This document shows positions 8,410 to 18,263 of a stretch of DNA of 58,109 bases, piece after piece. Position 1 is the first letter of the stretch. Every line of letters begins with the position of its first letter. The translations under genes were made by a program, and so were the position numbers. Origin of the DNA: Actinomycetes bacterium (GTDB taxonomy: Bacteria; Actinomycetota; Acidimicrobiia; Acidimicrobiales; Ilumatobacteraceae); assembly GCA_037138315.1 (NCBI GenBank), contig JBAXIP010000001.1, positions 1 through 58,109 of the forward strand. Reading direction: 5' to 3'. The notes under the pieces were generated by a model. The model did not search any database. It worked only from the letters and a program-made list of their open reading frames with translations, and was not told the DNA's origin.

Positions 8410-8871
8410 TTACTGATTTAGCGGTCGCGACACAATAATTTTGCGAGCGACGATTCCGGCTCTTTCGTACAAGTTTTTAGTTTGACGATCACCAGGTAGC
8501 GCATTTCCTTCAATTGCAACACATCCCAAGTTAATGGCGTGTTCGATGGCGTGCTGCAATAATGCATCGCCAAATCCAAGCTCACGAGCATTCTCGTCAA
8601 CAAATACTCGCTCAACCGAACACACCAATCCGTGAGTATCTATTTCTTCAAAAGTGCATCGAAGAAACCCGACGACATGTTCGTCAATGGTCCCAACCCA
8701 ACTGTGATCAATTACATCATCTGGATGCAGAAATTTTGCAGGCGCATGCTCAATTAACCAGTTGCGTCCACCTCGTTGAGATGCCACGATCTCACGAGCC
8801 GTGACATCTAATTCAACAATGACCGCCAGATCGTCATGCGTAGCATGACGAATCACTGGCTCAATGCTCAT
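8410..8871 (-). CDS. GNAT-family N-acetyltransferase
   Basis: 153 aa with the acetyl-CoA-binding region VFVDENARELGFGDALLQHAIEHAINLG and C-terminal NLYERAGI. It lies 6 nt downstream of the DUF4193 gene. Confidence 0.75.
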   Translation of the reverse strand: MSIEPVIRHATHDDLAVIVELDVTAREIVASQRGGRNWLIEHAPAKFLHPDDVIDHSWVGTIDEHVVGFLRCTFEEIDTHGLVCSVERVFVDENARELGFGDALLQHAIEHAINLGCVAIEGNALPGDRQTKNLYERAGIVARKIIVSRPLNQ

Positions 8872-8877
8872 GAGCGG

Positions 8878-9390
8878 TTATGCAAAAAGCGGGCAGGTGT
8901 CATCGCCCACCGGACACATTGGTGCGCCTTTACGAACGAGCAAGAAGCACTGCGTGCACATTCGTTCATCGGCCCGTTTCGGCTGAATCCCACTTTCGGG
9001 ATCATTTGACAACTGAGCGTCTTCTTCTTCCTCTTCAGGTTCTTCTTCGTCGTCTTCACTTCGTCCCTTGACGCGTGCCGCTAAAATGACGCCTAAGTCT
9101 TCTTCGATGTCGTCTTCCCCGACGAGCTCATCATCATCGTCTTCTTCCTCGTCCTCAGCGACATCCTTTTTGGACTTCTTCGCCTTCTTTTTGGCCACCA
9201 AGGGAACAATTTCGGCCTCGGGGTCTTCCCCTGCCAAAACCGTGTCTAAATCCTCGACACCAAGATCTTCGTCTTCCTCGAGTTCGTCATCATCAAGCAA
9301 CTCATCAGGGTCAGCCTCTTCAATGGCTTCCTCTTCCTCAAGGAACTCCTCATCAAGTTCTGGATCCAAATTGTCATTATCTTTTGCCAT
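8878..9390 (-). CDS. DUF4193-family acidic protein with C-terminal Cys cluster
   Basis: Long Asp/Glu-rich body, then PKRADERMCTQCFLLVRKGAPMCPVGDDTCP. This matches the actinobacterial DUF4193 architecture as I recall it (acidic region followed by ...CxxCFLV...C). I chose ATG 9390 (AGGAAA 8 nt upstream) rather than the track start 9432. Confidence 0.7.
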   Translation of the reverse strand: MAKDNDNLDPELDEEFLEEEEAIEEADPDELLDDDELEEDEDLGVEDLDTVLAGEDPEAEIVPLVAKKKAKKSKKDVAEDEEEDDDDELVGEDDIEEDLGVILAARVKGRSEDDEEEPEEEEEDAQLSNDPESGIQPKRADERMCTQCFLLVRKGAPMCPVGDDTCPLFA

Positions 9391-9520
9391 GAGATTTCCT
9401 GATACTCCTGAAGTTTGCCCACCAAAAAACAAAGATGTGAGCGCGGATAATAGGCACTAATTGAGCCCTAACTGTTGGATACTTGGGTGACACTAGTCAC
9501 GAGCATTCATAACGACGTAC

Positions 9521-11122
9521 TTATTGATCCCCACGACGGGATTCGGCCCGACGTTCGGCGGCCAGACGTTCGAGTTCGGGGGCCTCAACAGTGAGGTGAA
9601 TCATCGCTTCGGCAATCGCTTTATGTCCAGCTTGCTCGCCAATCAGTCGATGCATTTCGAGGGCCACTCGGCGATAGGCAGGGTGACCTTGGGGCGACGA
9701 ACGTAATTCGAGCATGTGCATGGCTTCGCGGGCATTGAACTGCATGACGTAGCGCACGCGATAGGCCATTGAAACGGCGTACGAGGCCTGCTGAGGGAAA
9801 TCAGGCTTCATGGCATCAAAGAGACTTGCGGAGCGGCTCATGACCTCGTCAAAGGCAACTGTCTGTCCGGCTTCATCAATGAGATCAGGGCGGGTGTACC
9901 CGTGATTGGGAGTCAACGGCTGCCATTCGATCGTCAAAATACGGTGCCGCTGCATATCTCGAAAAGCGCCGTAGTCCGACAAAACATCAAACCGATAGTC
10001 GGTACGTTCAAAGGCTCGACCGGGACGATGCCGACGATTTTCGCGATCGCCAATGTACGCCTTCAAGATGGCGACTTTTTCGGCATGGCTCATCCGTTGC
10101 ACACGTTGCATGATTTGGGTCTCAGGCAAACTTGTGTGCGAATAGCAAATCGCACCAATTAATTTGTCCTCGCCCTCTGGATCAAAATCTGTCAACACGA
10201 CCGGTGGACTGTGATCAACGGGTGTCTCGGCGAAGAGGCCTTGAACAAGTTCACTGGTCGATTCACGAGTGTCTGACAAGTAATCACTCCACCGACCACC
10301 ACGATCGGCAAGATCGACGCGCTTCAAGAAACTCGGAATCACTTTGCGGAGTTCTTCCAACATCAAATCAGCGTAATGACGAGCTTCTGGCAACGGATGC
10401 GCACGCATACGGATCAACATTGCCTCGTACGATTGTCCGCTGCCGTAAATACCAACATTAGATAATGAGGCTGCCGGTAAAACACCACGCACCGCGTCAA
10501 GCGCTTTGGCACGGGTGGCCATACGGAAAACAAAATCACTATCGGCGGGATCGCGCTTAATACTTGACCGCACATGATCGGTGACTTTTTCCATTAAGTG
10601 TGAATACGAATCGAACATGCGATCCATATCGCCGACATAACGAGTACCGAATTGAGAATTCAACACCTCAGGGTCACGGTAGAACCGATAGCGACCAGCA
10701 AGACGCGCGTCGTAGGCGATATAGCGCGTACTTTGTTCAAGGTAACTTGCGAGTCGACCCCATTCAAGAATCTTGGTCAGAACATTCGAAGCCTGTTCGC
10801 AAGCCAGGTGCACACCACCCAGTTGAGCAACCGAATCATCGCCGTATTCAAAGAAAACTTTTTCGTACAACTCTTCAGCTCGTTCAAGGCCGATCGTTGC
10901 ATCAACACCTTGGTCGCCAGCAATATCTAATTCGCCAACGAATTCATCTAAGAACAGTCGGCGCAGGCTTTTATGGGTGCGACTGTACCGGGCAAATAAA
11001 GCACCTTTGACCACCTCGGGCAAATTCACCAGGGCGAAAACTGGACCGTCCAAATTAGTGAAATAACGTCGTAAAACTTCCGACTCCTCGGCGGTGAATT
11101 CCTCTGGGGCATAGACAGTCAC
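9521..11122 (-). CDS. thyX: FAD-dependent thymidylate synthase, long (about 530 aa, duplicated ThyX-domain) form
   Basis: ThyX signature elements: ARYSRTHKS / LEQSTRY in the N-terminal half and DMQRHRILT ... NAREAMHMLELRSSPQGHP in the C-terminal half. GTG start. The size resembles two-domain ThyX proteins. Confidence 0.65.
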   Translation of the reverse strand: MTVYAPEEFTAEESEVLRRYFTNLDGPVFALVNLPEVVKGALFARYSRTHKSLRRLFLDEFVGELDIAGDQGVDATIGLERAEELYEKVFFEYGDDSVAQLGGVHLACEQASNVLTKILEWGRLASYLEQSTRYIAYDARLAGRYRFYRDPEVLNSQFGTRYVGDMDRMFDSYSHLMEKVTDHVRSSIKRDPADSDFVFRMATRAKALDAVRGVLPAASLSNVGIYGSGQSYEAMLIRMRAHPLPEARHYADLMLEELRKVIPSFLKRVDLADRGGRWSDYLSDTRESTSELVQGLFAETPVDHSPPVVLTDFDPEGEDKLIGAICYSHTSLPETQIMQRVQRMSHAEKVAILKAYIGDRENRRHRPGRAFERTDYRFDVLSDYGAFRDMQRHRILTIEWQPLTPNHGYTRPDLIDEAGQTVAFDEVMSRSASLFDAMKPDFPQQASYAVSMAYRVRYVMQFNAREAMHMLELRSSPQGHPAYRRVALEMHRLIGEQAGHKAIAEAMIHLTVEAPELERLAAERRAESRRGDQ

Positions 11123-11174
11123 GACTTTTCACGCTAGTTCGTCAAACGGTGCCGAGGGTGGAATGGTCTTACTT

Positions 11175-12374
11175 TCAGTATCCCAAAACGTCCACTTCAG
11201 ATGAAACTAGTGAAAACTCCTCGTGCGCTTGTGCCCGCAATTCAGCATTGGTCCATAAGTCGACCACTGTCATCGCCATGGCCTTGGCCCCAACGAGGAC
11301 TCCCTCATCTCCGCTTTCTGATCCGGCGTAATGGGCGAAATCCTCCGTATGAATTGCGACCCCGTCGGGAGCAACTTTGACCATTGGGTGAATCGATGGC
11401 AACAGGTACGAAACGTTGCCCATATCTGTCGAACCCATGACGGCCCGACCATCGGTTCGCGGGTCACAAACCACGCGCCCAAGTAATTTCATGTTGTGCA
11501 CAAATGAATTGACTACTGCCATGTTGTCGCGAACATCGGCGTAAGTGTGATCGTCCCATGTCGCCGACATCGCACATCCACACGCGCTTGTCGCACCCTC
11601 GAGACAATCGAGCACTCGTTGCTTCAGAGGCTGCAATGTTGAAATCGTATTTGACCGGACATACCAAGTGGCAGCAGCGCGACGAGGAACAATATTCGGC
11701 TTCTCGCCCCCTTCGGAGATGATGCCGTGAATACGTTCGGTCGGGCGAATATGTTGACGCAACGCAGCAACGTTCATGTAGCCAAGGACAGCAGCGTCGA
11801 GCGCATTTCTGCCTTCCCACGGAGCAGCCGCAGCATGCGCCGCTCTACCCTCATATGTGACATCAACTGTATGAATCGCGATGGAATCCATTTTCAGGAG
11901 ATCAGCATCAGCTGGGTGAATCATCATGGCAGCGATACCCGAGACGAAGGCACCGTTTCGCGCCATGGCAATTTTGCCTCCCCCACCCTCTTCGGCCGGA
12001 GTACCAAGAATACGAACACGACCACCGAGATCTTGTGCCATTGAAGCAGCGACGAGACCTGCCCCAAGACCAGCTGCAGCGATGACATTATGACCACAAC
12101 CGTGTCCGATCCCCGGCAAAGCGTCGTATTCCAATAACACCAAAACTTCAGGAGCAGCGGGGTCGCCGACTACTGCTTCAAAAGCCGTATCGACTCCATA
12201 GGCATGCGGTGTGACATCAAGCCCGTATTCGGCGAGCACGCCAGTTAAAAGATCGTGAGCATAGTGTTCGGCATAATTCAGTTCGGGATGAGCATGAATA
12301 TCGTGACTGACCGCAATGAGACGATCAGCGAGATTGTCGACGGCCTCAATGATCTGCTTGTTTGCTGCATTCAT
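11175..12374 (-). CDS. M20D-family amidohydrolase/peptidase (AbgB/HipO-like)
   Basis: HAHPELNYAEH and the GHGCGHNVIAAAGLG metal-binding motifs; 399 aa. Confidence 0.8.
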   Translation of the reverse strand: MNAANKQIIEAVDNLADRLIAVSHDIHAHPELNYAEHYAHDLLTGVLAEYGLDVTPHAYGVDTAFEAVVGDPAAPEVLVLLEYDALPGIGHGCGHNVIAAAGLGAGLVAASMAQDLGGRVRILGTPAEEGGGGKIAMARNGAFVSGIAAMMIHPADADLLKMDSIAIHTVDVTYEGRAAHAAAAPWEGRNALDAAVLGYMNVAALRQHIRPTERIHGIISEGGEKPNIVPRRAAATWYVRSNTISTLQPLKQRVLDCLEGATSACGCAMSATWDDHTYADVRDNMAVVNSFVHNMKLLGRVVCDPRTDGRAVMGSTDMGNVSYLLPSIHPMVKVAPDGVAIHTEDFAHYAGSESGDEGVLVGAKAMAMTVVDLWTNAELRAQAHEEFSLVSSEVDVLGY

Positions 12375-12383
12375 AGGAAAACC

Positions 12384-13016
12384 TTACATCCACAAAAATG
12401 CTTCATCGTTACACACTTCGATGCTGAGACTTCTCACCCGTCCAATGAGTTGACGATCAATCCACAAAATCTGTTGCGAGCGACCTTCATCGTTCCAGAC
12501 AAAATTCTTCACCGACTTCGTCTGAATCAATGGGTGAGGAAGATGAGAACCGGTGCCCAATCGCGCCCGTGCCGTCAACCGTTGTCGCAGACCCATGGCC
12601 TTATCCACTTGAGTCATCTCAACTCGACCATCGTTGGGATGACCGCGTGGCGCAACATCCCAATGACCCAGGAATTGAGCATTGGCAACAATAATCAACG
12701 AACCACGCAACCAGCCTCCCTTCATATTTGGAAACCTCAAGACGACAGTTGATACCGCAATTTTCGACACTATTGACTCGTCATCAAGTCGTAGTTCAAC
12801 TTTCATGATGTCGATGGGTAAACACATCGCAGAATCACCAGCGACGACTGTTCGGCTCTGAGCACCAATGGTGCGCCACATATCGCCCCCAGTGACGACG
12901 ACATTTCGATGTCCTTCTCCGATACACGCCGACAACTCACTATCAGAGGCAGCGATACACAGTCCTTGTGGGGCCGGTGCTTCGCTGCCCCACTCCTGTC
13001 CATTCTTAATCACCAT
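12384..13016 (-). CDS. Compact diacylglycerol-kinase/NAD-kinase-fold-like protein with degenerate GGDGT motif
   Basis: 210 aa. VVVTGGDMWRTIG sits where GGDGT is expected. The C-terminal half (IIVANAQFLG...APRGHPNDGRVEM...IDRQLIG) resembles the YegS/DAGK beta-sandwich. This is a weak, motif-level call. Confidence 0.35.
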   Translation of the reverse strand: MVIKNGQEWGSEAPAPQGLCIAASDSELSACIGEGHRNVVVTGGDMWRTIGAQSRTVVAGDSAMCLPIDIMKVELRLDDESIVSKIAVSTVVLRFPNMKGGWLRGSLIIVANAQFLGHWDVAPRGHPNDGRVEMTQVDKAMGLRQRLTARARLGTGSHLPHPLIQTKSVKNFVWNDEGRSQQILWIDRQLIGRVRSLSIEVCNDEAFLWM

Positions 13017-13025
13017 CAGATCTCA

Positions 13026-15629
13026 CTATGAAATTTCTCCAGGGACCGACGTTGATGCCGCAACAACTCCCCGCATCAACAAGTCGGCGGCAGCTTCAGC
13101 ATGACGACGTGTTTGTGGAACAGGAGCCATGGTCCCGATCTGCCGCAAGAGGTCAATAAGTTGCTTCATGGTGCGCACGAAATCTCCGCCAGATAATTCT
13201 TCAGCTTCGACGACTTCGGCGAAACCCTCACCAGCAGCCCATGCATAAGCAATTGCAATGTAAGTAGGGTCAGGTGCTCGGTGTTGATTGAGGGATGCCG
13301 CCTCTTCTGTTGTTTGCAACTCTCGACTGACCGATTCAATGCGACGCCATTTTTTGCGAACCTCTGCTGATGGAAACCAGGGAGCCGGAGGTGCTTCGCT
13401 TGAACGATGTTCGTAAACGAATACCGAGACTAAAGCAGCCAACGACGCCGGATCTAAATCATCAAGATAACCGCGATCAAGACAGTCAGCGACCAATAGA
13501 TCGCTTTCATGGAAAGTACGAGCAAGCACTTCGCCTTTTTCTGTCAAGGACCAACCCGAGACATAGTCCCAGTCCTGAAGAATGCGCAACACCCGTTCAA
13601 ATTTTCGGGCAACTGAGTTTCCTTTGCCGCGCACTTGTTCTCGCAGTTGGTCAACGTCGCGAGAAACGCGATCGGCTTGAGCCGCTGCCTTCAAGCGGTC
13701 GCGCAAGTCAGGGTCGTCTTCAACTTGATGCACTGCTTGTCGGCCTGGTTCAGGTGAACTCCATTCACTCGCAACTTCTCGGGCCTGATGCAATCGAGTA
13801 ATCACGACCTTTTGAAAATCGGGTTGCGTCGGAGCAAATGGTTCAGGAAGTTCAATCAGACCAAGTGCTCGGGGTGGTTCATGAAAGTCGCGCGACGAGA
13901 GATTCAGTGTCGCCCGCTTCACCGTCAAAACAGAGAGTTTCACACCACCAGAACGATTTGCAGTCGACAAAACAACAGCGCGACCTGGAGTTTTACCTTT
14001 GTCAACATAAATAACCGAGCCTGGCCGCAGCCGAGCCATTGCGAACTCAATAGAACTCTCACTTCTAATTCCCAATGTTCCTTCAAGTCGCGCTCGGTAG
14101 TCATGAATATCTCCAAATGGACTTTCTGCCGCAAGACGAAGTTCTGACAGTTGTTCTAAGCGACGGTCAAGACGAGTTTCAATCTTGACGACATCACGAT
14201 CGGCTTGATATTGGGCAAAGGAAAGATTTAACAAGTGGCGCGCTTCTTCGCTCGAGTACGAGCGAACCAAGTTGACTGCCATGTTGTACGTCGGTCGAAA
14301 TGACGATGTCAACCTAAATGTACGCGAACTCGCCAGCGCGGCGACTTGATCAAAAGTCACAAAAGGATTCCACAAAACAACCGCATGTCCCTTGTCATCC
14401 AAACCACGCCGACCTGCACGTCCAGTGAGTTGTGTAAATTCGCCAGCCGTCAAAAATTCGTGGTGTTCACCAGTGAACTTGGATAATTTTTCAATCACTA
14501 CTGAACGTGCCGGCATATTGATACCAACCGCCAAGGTTTCGGTCGCAAAAACAATCTTGACGAGACCCTCAACAAAACAGGCTTCAACTGTTTCTTTAAA
14601 AGGCGGCACCAATCCAGCGTGATGGGCCGCGATACCCGCCTCCAATTGAGCCACAAATTGTGGGTAACCCAAGACATCAAGATCATCGTCGTCAATATCG
14701 CCCAAACGGCTCGTAACAATTTCTTGTATGCGTCGACGTTCATCTGGTGATGTCAAACGTAAGCCTTGCTTGAGACATGATTGCGCCGCCTCGTTACAAC
14801 CGTTTCGACTGAATATGAAGAAAATTGCTGGAAGAAGGCCTTCTTCATTCAAGCGATCAACAACTTCAAGACGACTCGGCGTATATAAAGCCCGCCGTGG
14901 TCGGCCCTTGAGCTGTCCCCGACCACTCACTTTTCGAGTCTGCTCTTCGAGGCGCGTTGCCTCAGGATTTGGTCGACCAGAAACCAACGTTGGGAAGAGG
15001 TGCTCGCGTTGTGCGGTTTTGTCCCCGACCATGTACAGATTCTCAAGTTCAACGGGACGCTTTTCTTCAACGACAAACCTTGTCGGACCACGAACCGTAC
15101 TGATCCAATCGGCAACCTCATGAGCGTTGCTCACCGTGGCTGAGAGGCACACCAACTTCACTCGGCGAGGCAGATGGATTATCACTTCTTCCCAAACTGG
15201 ACCGCGAAAAGTATCTTGAATGAAATGCACCTCATCGAGCACAACTACAGCCAAGTCGTCTAAGGCACGAGACCGCGCATAAATCATATTGCGCAAAACT
15301 TCCGTGGTCATAACCACGATTGGCGCTTCTCCGTTCACTGCGTTGTCACCGGTGAGAAGTCCGATTTTGTCCCGCCCGTACAACTCAACAAGATCGTTGT
15401 ATTTCTGATTCGATAAAGCTTTGATTGGAGCGGTATAAAAGGCCCGCTTTCCATCTGCCAACGCGCACGAAATTCCGTACTCCGCTACGACAGTCTTACC
15501 GCTACCAGTTGGGGCAGCCACCAAAACAGATTCACCAGCATCAAGCACGTCCATCGCCTCAATCTGAAAACGATCAAGGGGGAAGTTGTAGTGGGCGATC
15601 AGCGCCGGCCGGTCAGTCCGCACCCTCAC
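13026..15629 (-). CDS. helY: Ski2-like DEAD/DEAH-box RNA helicase HelY
   Basis: AAPTGSGKT (Walker A), VVLDEVHF (DEVH box), LSAT, plus a long arch/C-terminal region. Synteny with tatC-tatA matches mycobacteria. Confidence 0.9.
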   Translation of the reverse strand: MRVRTDRPALIAHYNFPLDRFQIEAMDVLDAGESVLVAAPTGSGKTVVAEYGISCALADGKRAFYTAPIKALSNQKYNDLVELYGRDKIGLLTGDNAVNGEAPIVVMTTEVLRNMIYARSRALDDLAVVVLDEVHFIQDTFRGPVWEEVIIHLPRRVKLVCLSATVSNAHEVADWISTVRGPTRFVVEEKRPVELENLYMVGDKTAQREHLFPTLVSGRPNPEATRLEEQTRKVSGRGQLKGRPRRALYTPSRLEVVDRLNEEGLLPAIFFIFSRNGCNEAAQSCLKQGLRLTSPDERRRIQEIVTSRLGDIDDDDLDVLGYPQFVAQLEAGIAAHHAGLVPPFKETVEACFVEGLVKIVFATETLAVGINMPARSVVIEKLSKFTGEHHEFLTAGEFTQLTGRAGRRGLDDKGHAVVLWNPFVTFDQVAALASSRTFRLTSSFRPTYNMAVNLVRSYSSEEARHLLNLSFAQYQADRDVVKIETRLDRRLEQLSELRLAAESPFGDIHDYRARLEGTLGIRSESSIEFAMARLRPGSVIYVDKGKTPGRAVVLSTANRSGGVKLSVLTVKRATLNLSSRDFHEPPRALGLIELPEPFAPTQPDFQKVVITRLHQAREVASEWSSPEPGRQAVHQVEDDPDLRDRLKAAAQADRVSRDVDQLREQVRGKGNSVARKFERVLRILQDWDYVSGWSLTEKGEVLARTFHESDLLVADCLDRGYLDDLDPASLAALVSVFVYEHRSSEAPPAPWFPSAEVRKKWRRIESVSRELQTTEEAASLNQHRAPDPTYIAIAYAWAAGEGFAEVVEAEELSGGDFVRTMKQLIDLLRQIGTMAPVPQTRRHAEAAADLLMRGVVAASTSVPGEIS

Positions 15630-15661
15630 AGTCTGCCTCGTAGGACTCGTTAATTAGCGTC

Positions 15662-16456
15662 TTAAGCGTCAACGGGACGATTACGCGTTCCGAGATGACC
15701 GATCAAGATGGAAATAAAATAGAAGATAATCAGCGGAACTGACAGAAGGCCCAAAGTGATGGGATCGCCCGACGGCGTAATCACCGCGGCAATCACCACA
15801 ATGGCCACGATGGCGACTCGCCAACCTTCAATTAACTGTCGTGGTTTTAAGACACCGACTAGTTGCAAGAACACCAACAACACAGGGAATTCAAAACCGA
15901 TCCCGAAGGCCGCCACCATGAGTCCCACGAAACTCACATACTTTGAAATCTGGAAAGCCTGTTGGACATCGCTCCCCGACCAAGAGATCAACCACTCAAG
16001 GCCCTTGTCTAAGGTGAAATAAGCGAAAAACCCGCCGAGCAAAAAGAGCACGACCGACGAAAAGACAAACGGAATTGCGTAACGCTTTTCTTTCGCGTGC
16101 ATTGCAGGAACAACAAATCGCCAGATCTGCCACAACACCACTGGCAGTGCCAAGATCAATCCGCCGTACAGAGAGATCTTTAAACGAGCATTAAATCCTT
16201 CAAGTGGTCCGAGCGAATAAAAGTCACAGTTTGAAACAAGATCAGGACGTCGTTGACAAACGTTGTCATATGGTTGACGCAAGAATCTCAAAACTGGTTC
16301 ATAAAACGCCAGCACGCCCATCATTCCGATGGCGATGGCTAACACTGCTCGAATAAGTCGCGAACGTAATTCGGCCAAATGTTCGGTCAAAGTCATGGCA
16401 TCTTCAGTTGATGCGTCTTTCTTTTCCTTGTTCTTATTCCCGAAAGGTAATTTCAC
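15662..16456 (-). CDS. tatC: Twin-arginine translocase subunit TatC
   Basis: 264 aa, polytopic. MTLTEHLAELRSRLIR N-terminus and typical TatC helices. It overlaps the upstream tat gene by 4 nt. Confidence 0.9.
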   Translation of the reverse strand: MKLPFGNKNKEKKDASTEDAMTLTEHLAELRSRLIRAVLAIAIGMMGVLAFYEPVLRFLRQPYDNVCQRRPDLVSNCDFYSLGPLEGFNARLKISLYGGLILALPVVLWQIWRFVVPAMHAKEKRYAIPFVFSSVVLFLLGGFFAYFTLDKGLEWLISWSGSDVQQAFQISKYVSFVGLMVAAFGIGFEFPVLLVFLQLVGVLKPRQLIEGWRVAIVAIVVIAAVITPSGDPITLGLLSVPLIIFYFISILIGHLGTRNRPVDA

Positions 16457-16764
16457 GAGTTTTCACCATCAGCCTCGGGCAGCGGGACGACTTCTGGCAT
16501 CGCTGTTTCAGGCTTTTTAGTTTCAGGCTCATCCTTGAGGGGTTTTAAAACCGCATCACGCGTCAACTGTGCGGTCTCGCGCAGCTCTCTCATCGGTTCA
16601 TCAAAAGCATTTTTGAACTCACTTTGAAATCCGTTACTAATCTTTCGAATCTCGCTGTAGACCCGACCAAACTTACGAATTGCCTCAGGAAGCTTTTCAG
16701 GACCAAGAACAATGAGCGCCAACAACAAGATGACGACGATCTCGCTACCCGACAGGTTGAACAC
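16453..16764 (-). CDS. Sec-independent translocase TatA/TatB-family protein (TatB-like GPxxLP hinge)
   Basis: N-terminal TM helix plus amphipathic helix: MFNLSGSEIVVILLLALIVLGPEKLPEAIRKFG. GTG start. Confidence 0.85.
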   Translation of the reverse strand: MFNLSGSEIVVILLLALIVLGPEKLPEAIRKFGRVYSEIRKISNGFQSEFKNAFDEPMRELRETAQLTRDAVLKPLKDEPETKKPETAMPEVVPLPEADGENS

Positions 16765-16851
16765 AAAATGAGTCTAATTACCAAGGGTCGAGATAAAGAG
16801 CCCCACCGTGGAGTACTTGCTGGAATTCCTTGACCATGCCATCATCTTCAT

Positions 16852-17565
16852 GTGCAGCAACGGCTTCCTTCTCTGATCGACCCCCCGATTGCCTTCGCTC
16901 ACCGTGGAGCTCGGGCCTACGCTCCTGAAAACACGATTGAGGCTTTTCAACTGGCACTGCGCCTTGGTGCCACCGGGCTAGAAAGTGATGTCTGGGTCAC
17001 TTCAGATGGCATCGCCGTTCTCGATCACGACGGAATTGTCCGTCGCCGTGGGCGCAAGATCCCCATTTCAGAGATGGCACAGGCAAACCTGCCCATTCAT
17101 ATTCCAACAGTCGCGGCAATGCTTGATGCCGTCAGCGGCGATTTTGATTTTTCATTGGATGTCAAAGATCCAGCGGCCTTGGACGCCACTCTTGATGCTG
17201 TCCGGTTGGTGAAGCCTGAACTTGAACCACGACTCTGGCTCTGCCATCACAAATGGCAAGTCGTGGCTAGCTGGCGGTCTCTCACTGCAGCAAAACTTGT
17301 CGATTCAACACGCCTCAGTCGACTGAAGGAAGGCCCCGAACGTCGCGCCGCTCAACTACACGAATCTGGAGTCGACTGCATCAACATGCATCACACCGAT
17401 TGGAATGGTGGACTAGTTACTTTGTTCCATCGTTTCAATCGTTATGCCCTTGGTTGGGATATGCAGCAGGGCTATGTGCTCGATGATGGAATTCGTATGG
17501 GACTCGATGGCGTATTCAGCGATTACACCGATCGCATGATTGATGCCTTTGCCCGCAATGTTTAA
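16852..17565 (+). CDS. Glycerophosphodiester phosphodiesterase (GDPD) family
   Basis: FAHRGARAYAPENTIEAF...GLESDVWVTSDGIAVLDHD, the canonical GDPD HR..ENT / E.D motifs. GTG start. Confidence 0.8.
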   Translation: MQQRLPSLIDPPIAFAHRGARAYAPENTIEAFQLALRLGATGLESDVWVTSDGIAVLDHDGIVRRRGRKIPISEMAQANLPIHIPTVAAMLDAVSGDFDFSLDVKDPAALDATLDAVRLVKPELEPRLWLCHHKWQVVASWRSLTAAKLVDSTRLSRLKEGPERRAAQLHESGVDCINMHHTDWNGGLVTLFHRFNRYALGWDMQQGYVLDDGIRMGLDGVFSDYTDRMIDAFARNV

Positions 17566-17568
17566 GTG

Positions 17569-18222
17569 CTACAGCCAGGCCCACGCACTTGCGGGCCAAA
17601 TGACCACGAAGGCCCGACCGCGAATTTTTCCGGTGTTAATCGGCCCAAAGTCGCGACTGTCAAAACTTTGTACCCGATTGTCGCCCATGACAAAGACCAT
17701 GTGTTCTGGCACCTCGATGGGGGCCATATCTGTGTGCGAACCACAACGCGCGCTGGGTTCAATTTGCGATGTTTGTTCTGGGTTCAAGTAGGGCTCGTCC
17801 ACTTGTACTCCGTCGATATACACGATGCATGAGCGAATTTCTAAAGTCTCCCCAGCCAGACCCATCACTCGCTTAATGAGATCATCGTGTTGGGTCTCGT
17901 TGGTGACACGATCAAAAACGATCACATCGCCGCGGTGAATATCGTGGAGTTTGTAGGACAATTTATTGACTAGAACGCGATCTTGAGGCATCAAGGTCGT
18001 CTGCATACTTGGTCCATCGATGTAGTACTGCTGGAACAAGAACAGCCGAATCAACATCGCCGCACCAATAGCAATCACGACCACAAAAACCCATTCCCAA
18101 ACCGCCCGCATCTGTGAGCGCTGCTTCTCACTCAAATCAGCACGAATGGCCTCGCCAGTTTCAGCATCATCGGTCACAACCAATGCGCTGTCCTCCGAGA
18201 TTTCAATTCCTTCACTCATCAA
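17569..18222 (-). CDS. lepB: Signal peptidase I (S26)
   Basis: GPSMQTTL (catalytic Ser box), GDVIVFD, LIKRVMGLAGE (Lys box), VFVMGDNRVQSFDSRDFGPI. Confidence 0.9.
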   Translation of the reverse strand: MMSEGIEISEDSALVVTDDAETGEAIRADLSEKQRSQMRAVWEWVFVVVIAIGAAMLIRLFLFQQYYIDGPSMQTTLMPQDRVLVNKLSYKLHDIHRGDVIVFDRVTNETQHDDLIKRVMGLAGETLEIRSCIVYIDGVQVDEPYLNPEQTSQIEPSARCGSHTDMAPIEVPEHMVFVMGDNRVQSFDSRDFGPINTGKIRGRAFVVIWPASAWAWL

Positions 18223-18263
18223 CCTTTAACCGTACAGCGTCTGGCCGGCCCAGGCATGACGCC

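Noticed and set aside
8831-8851. Inverted repeat TCGTCATG-CGTAG-CATGACGA, resembling the recurrent palindrome arms
   Set aside because: It lies inside the GNAT coding region (encoding RHATHDD), has a different spacing and lacks the AAAT/ATTT flanks. I treat it as coincidental unless a genome-wide motif model includes it.
9068-9460. 130-aa plus-strand poly-Ser ORF
   Set aside because: It is the antisense reading of the Asp/Glu-rich DUF4193 gene (GAA/GAC codons read as TTC/GTC, giving Ser-rich junk).
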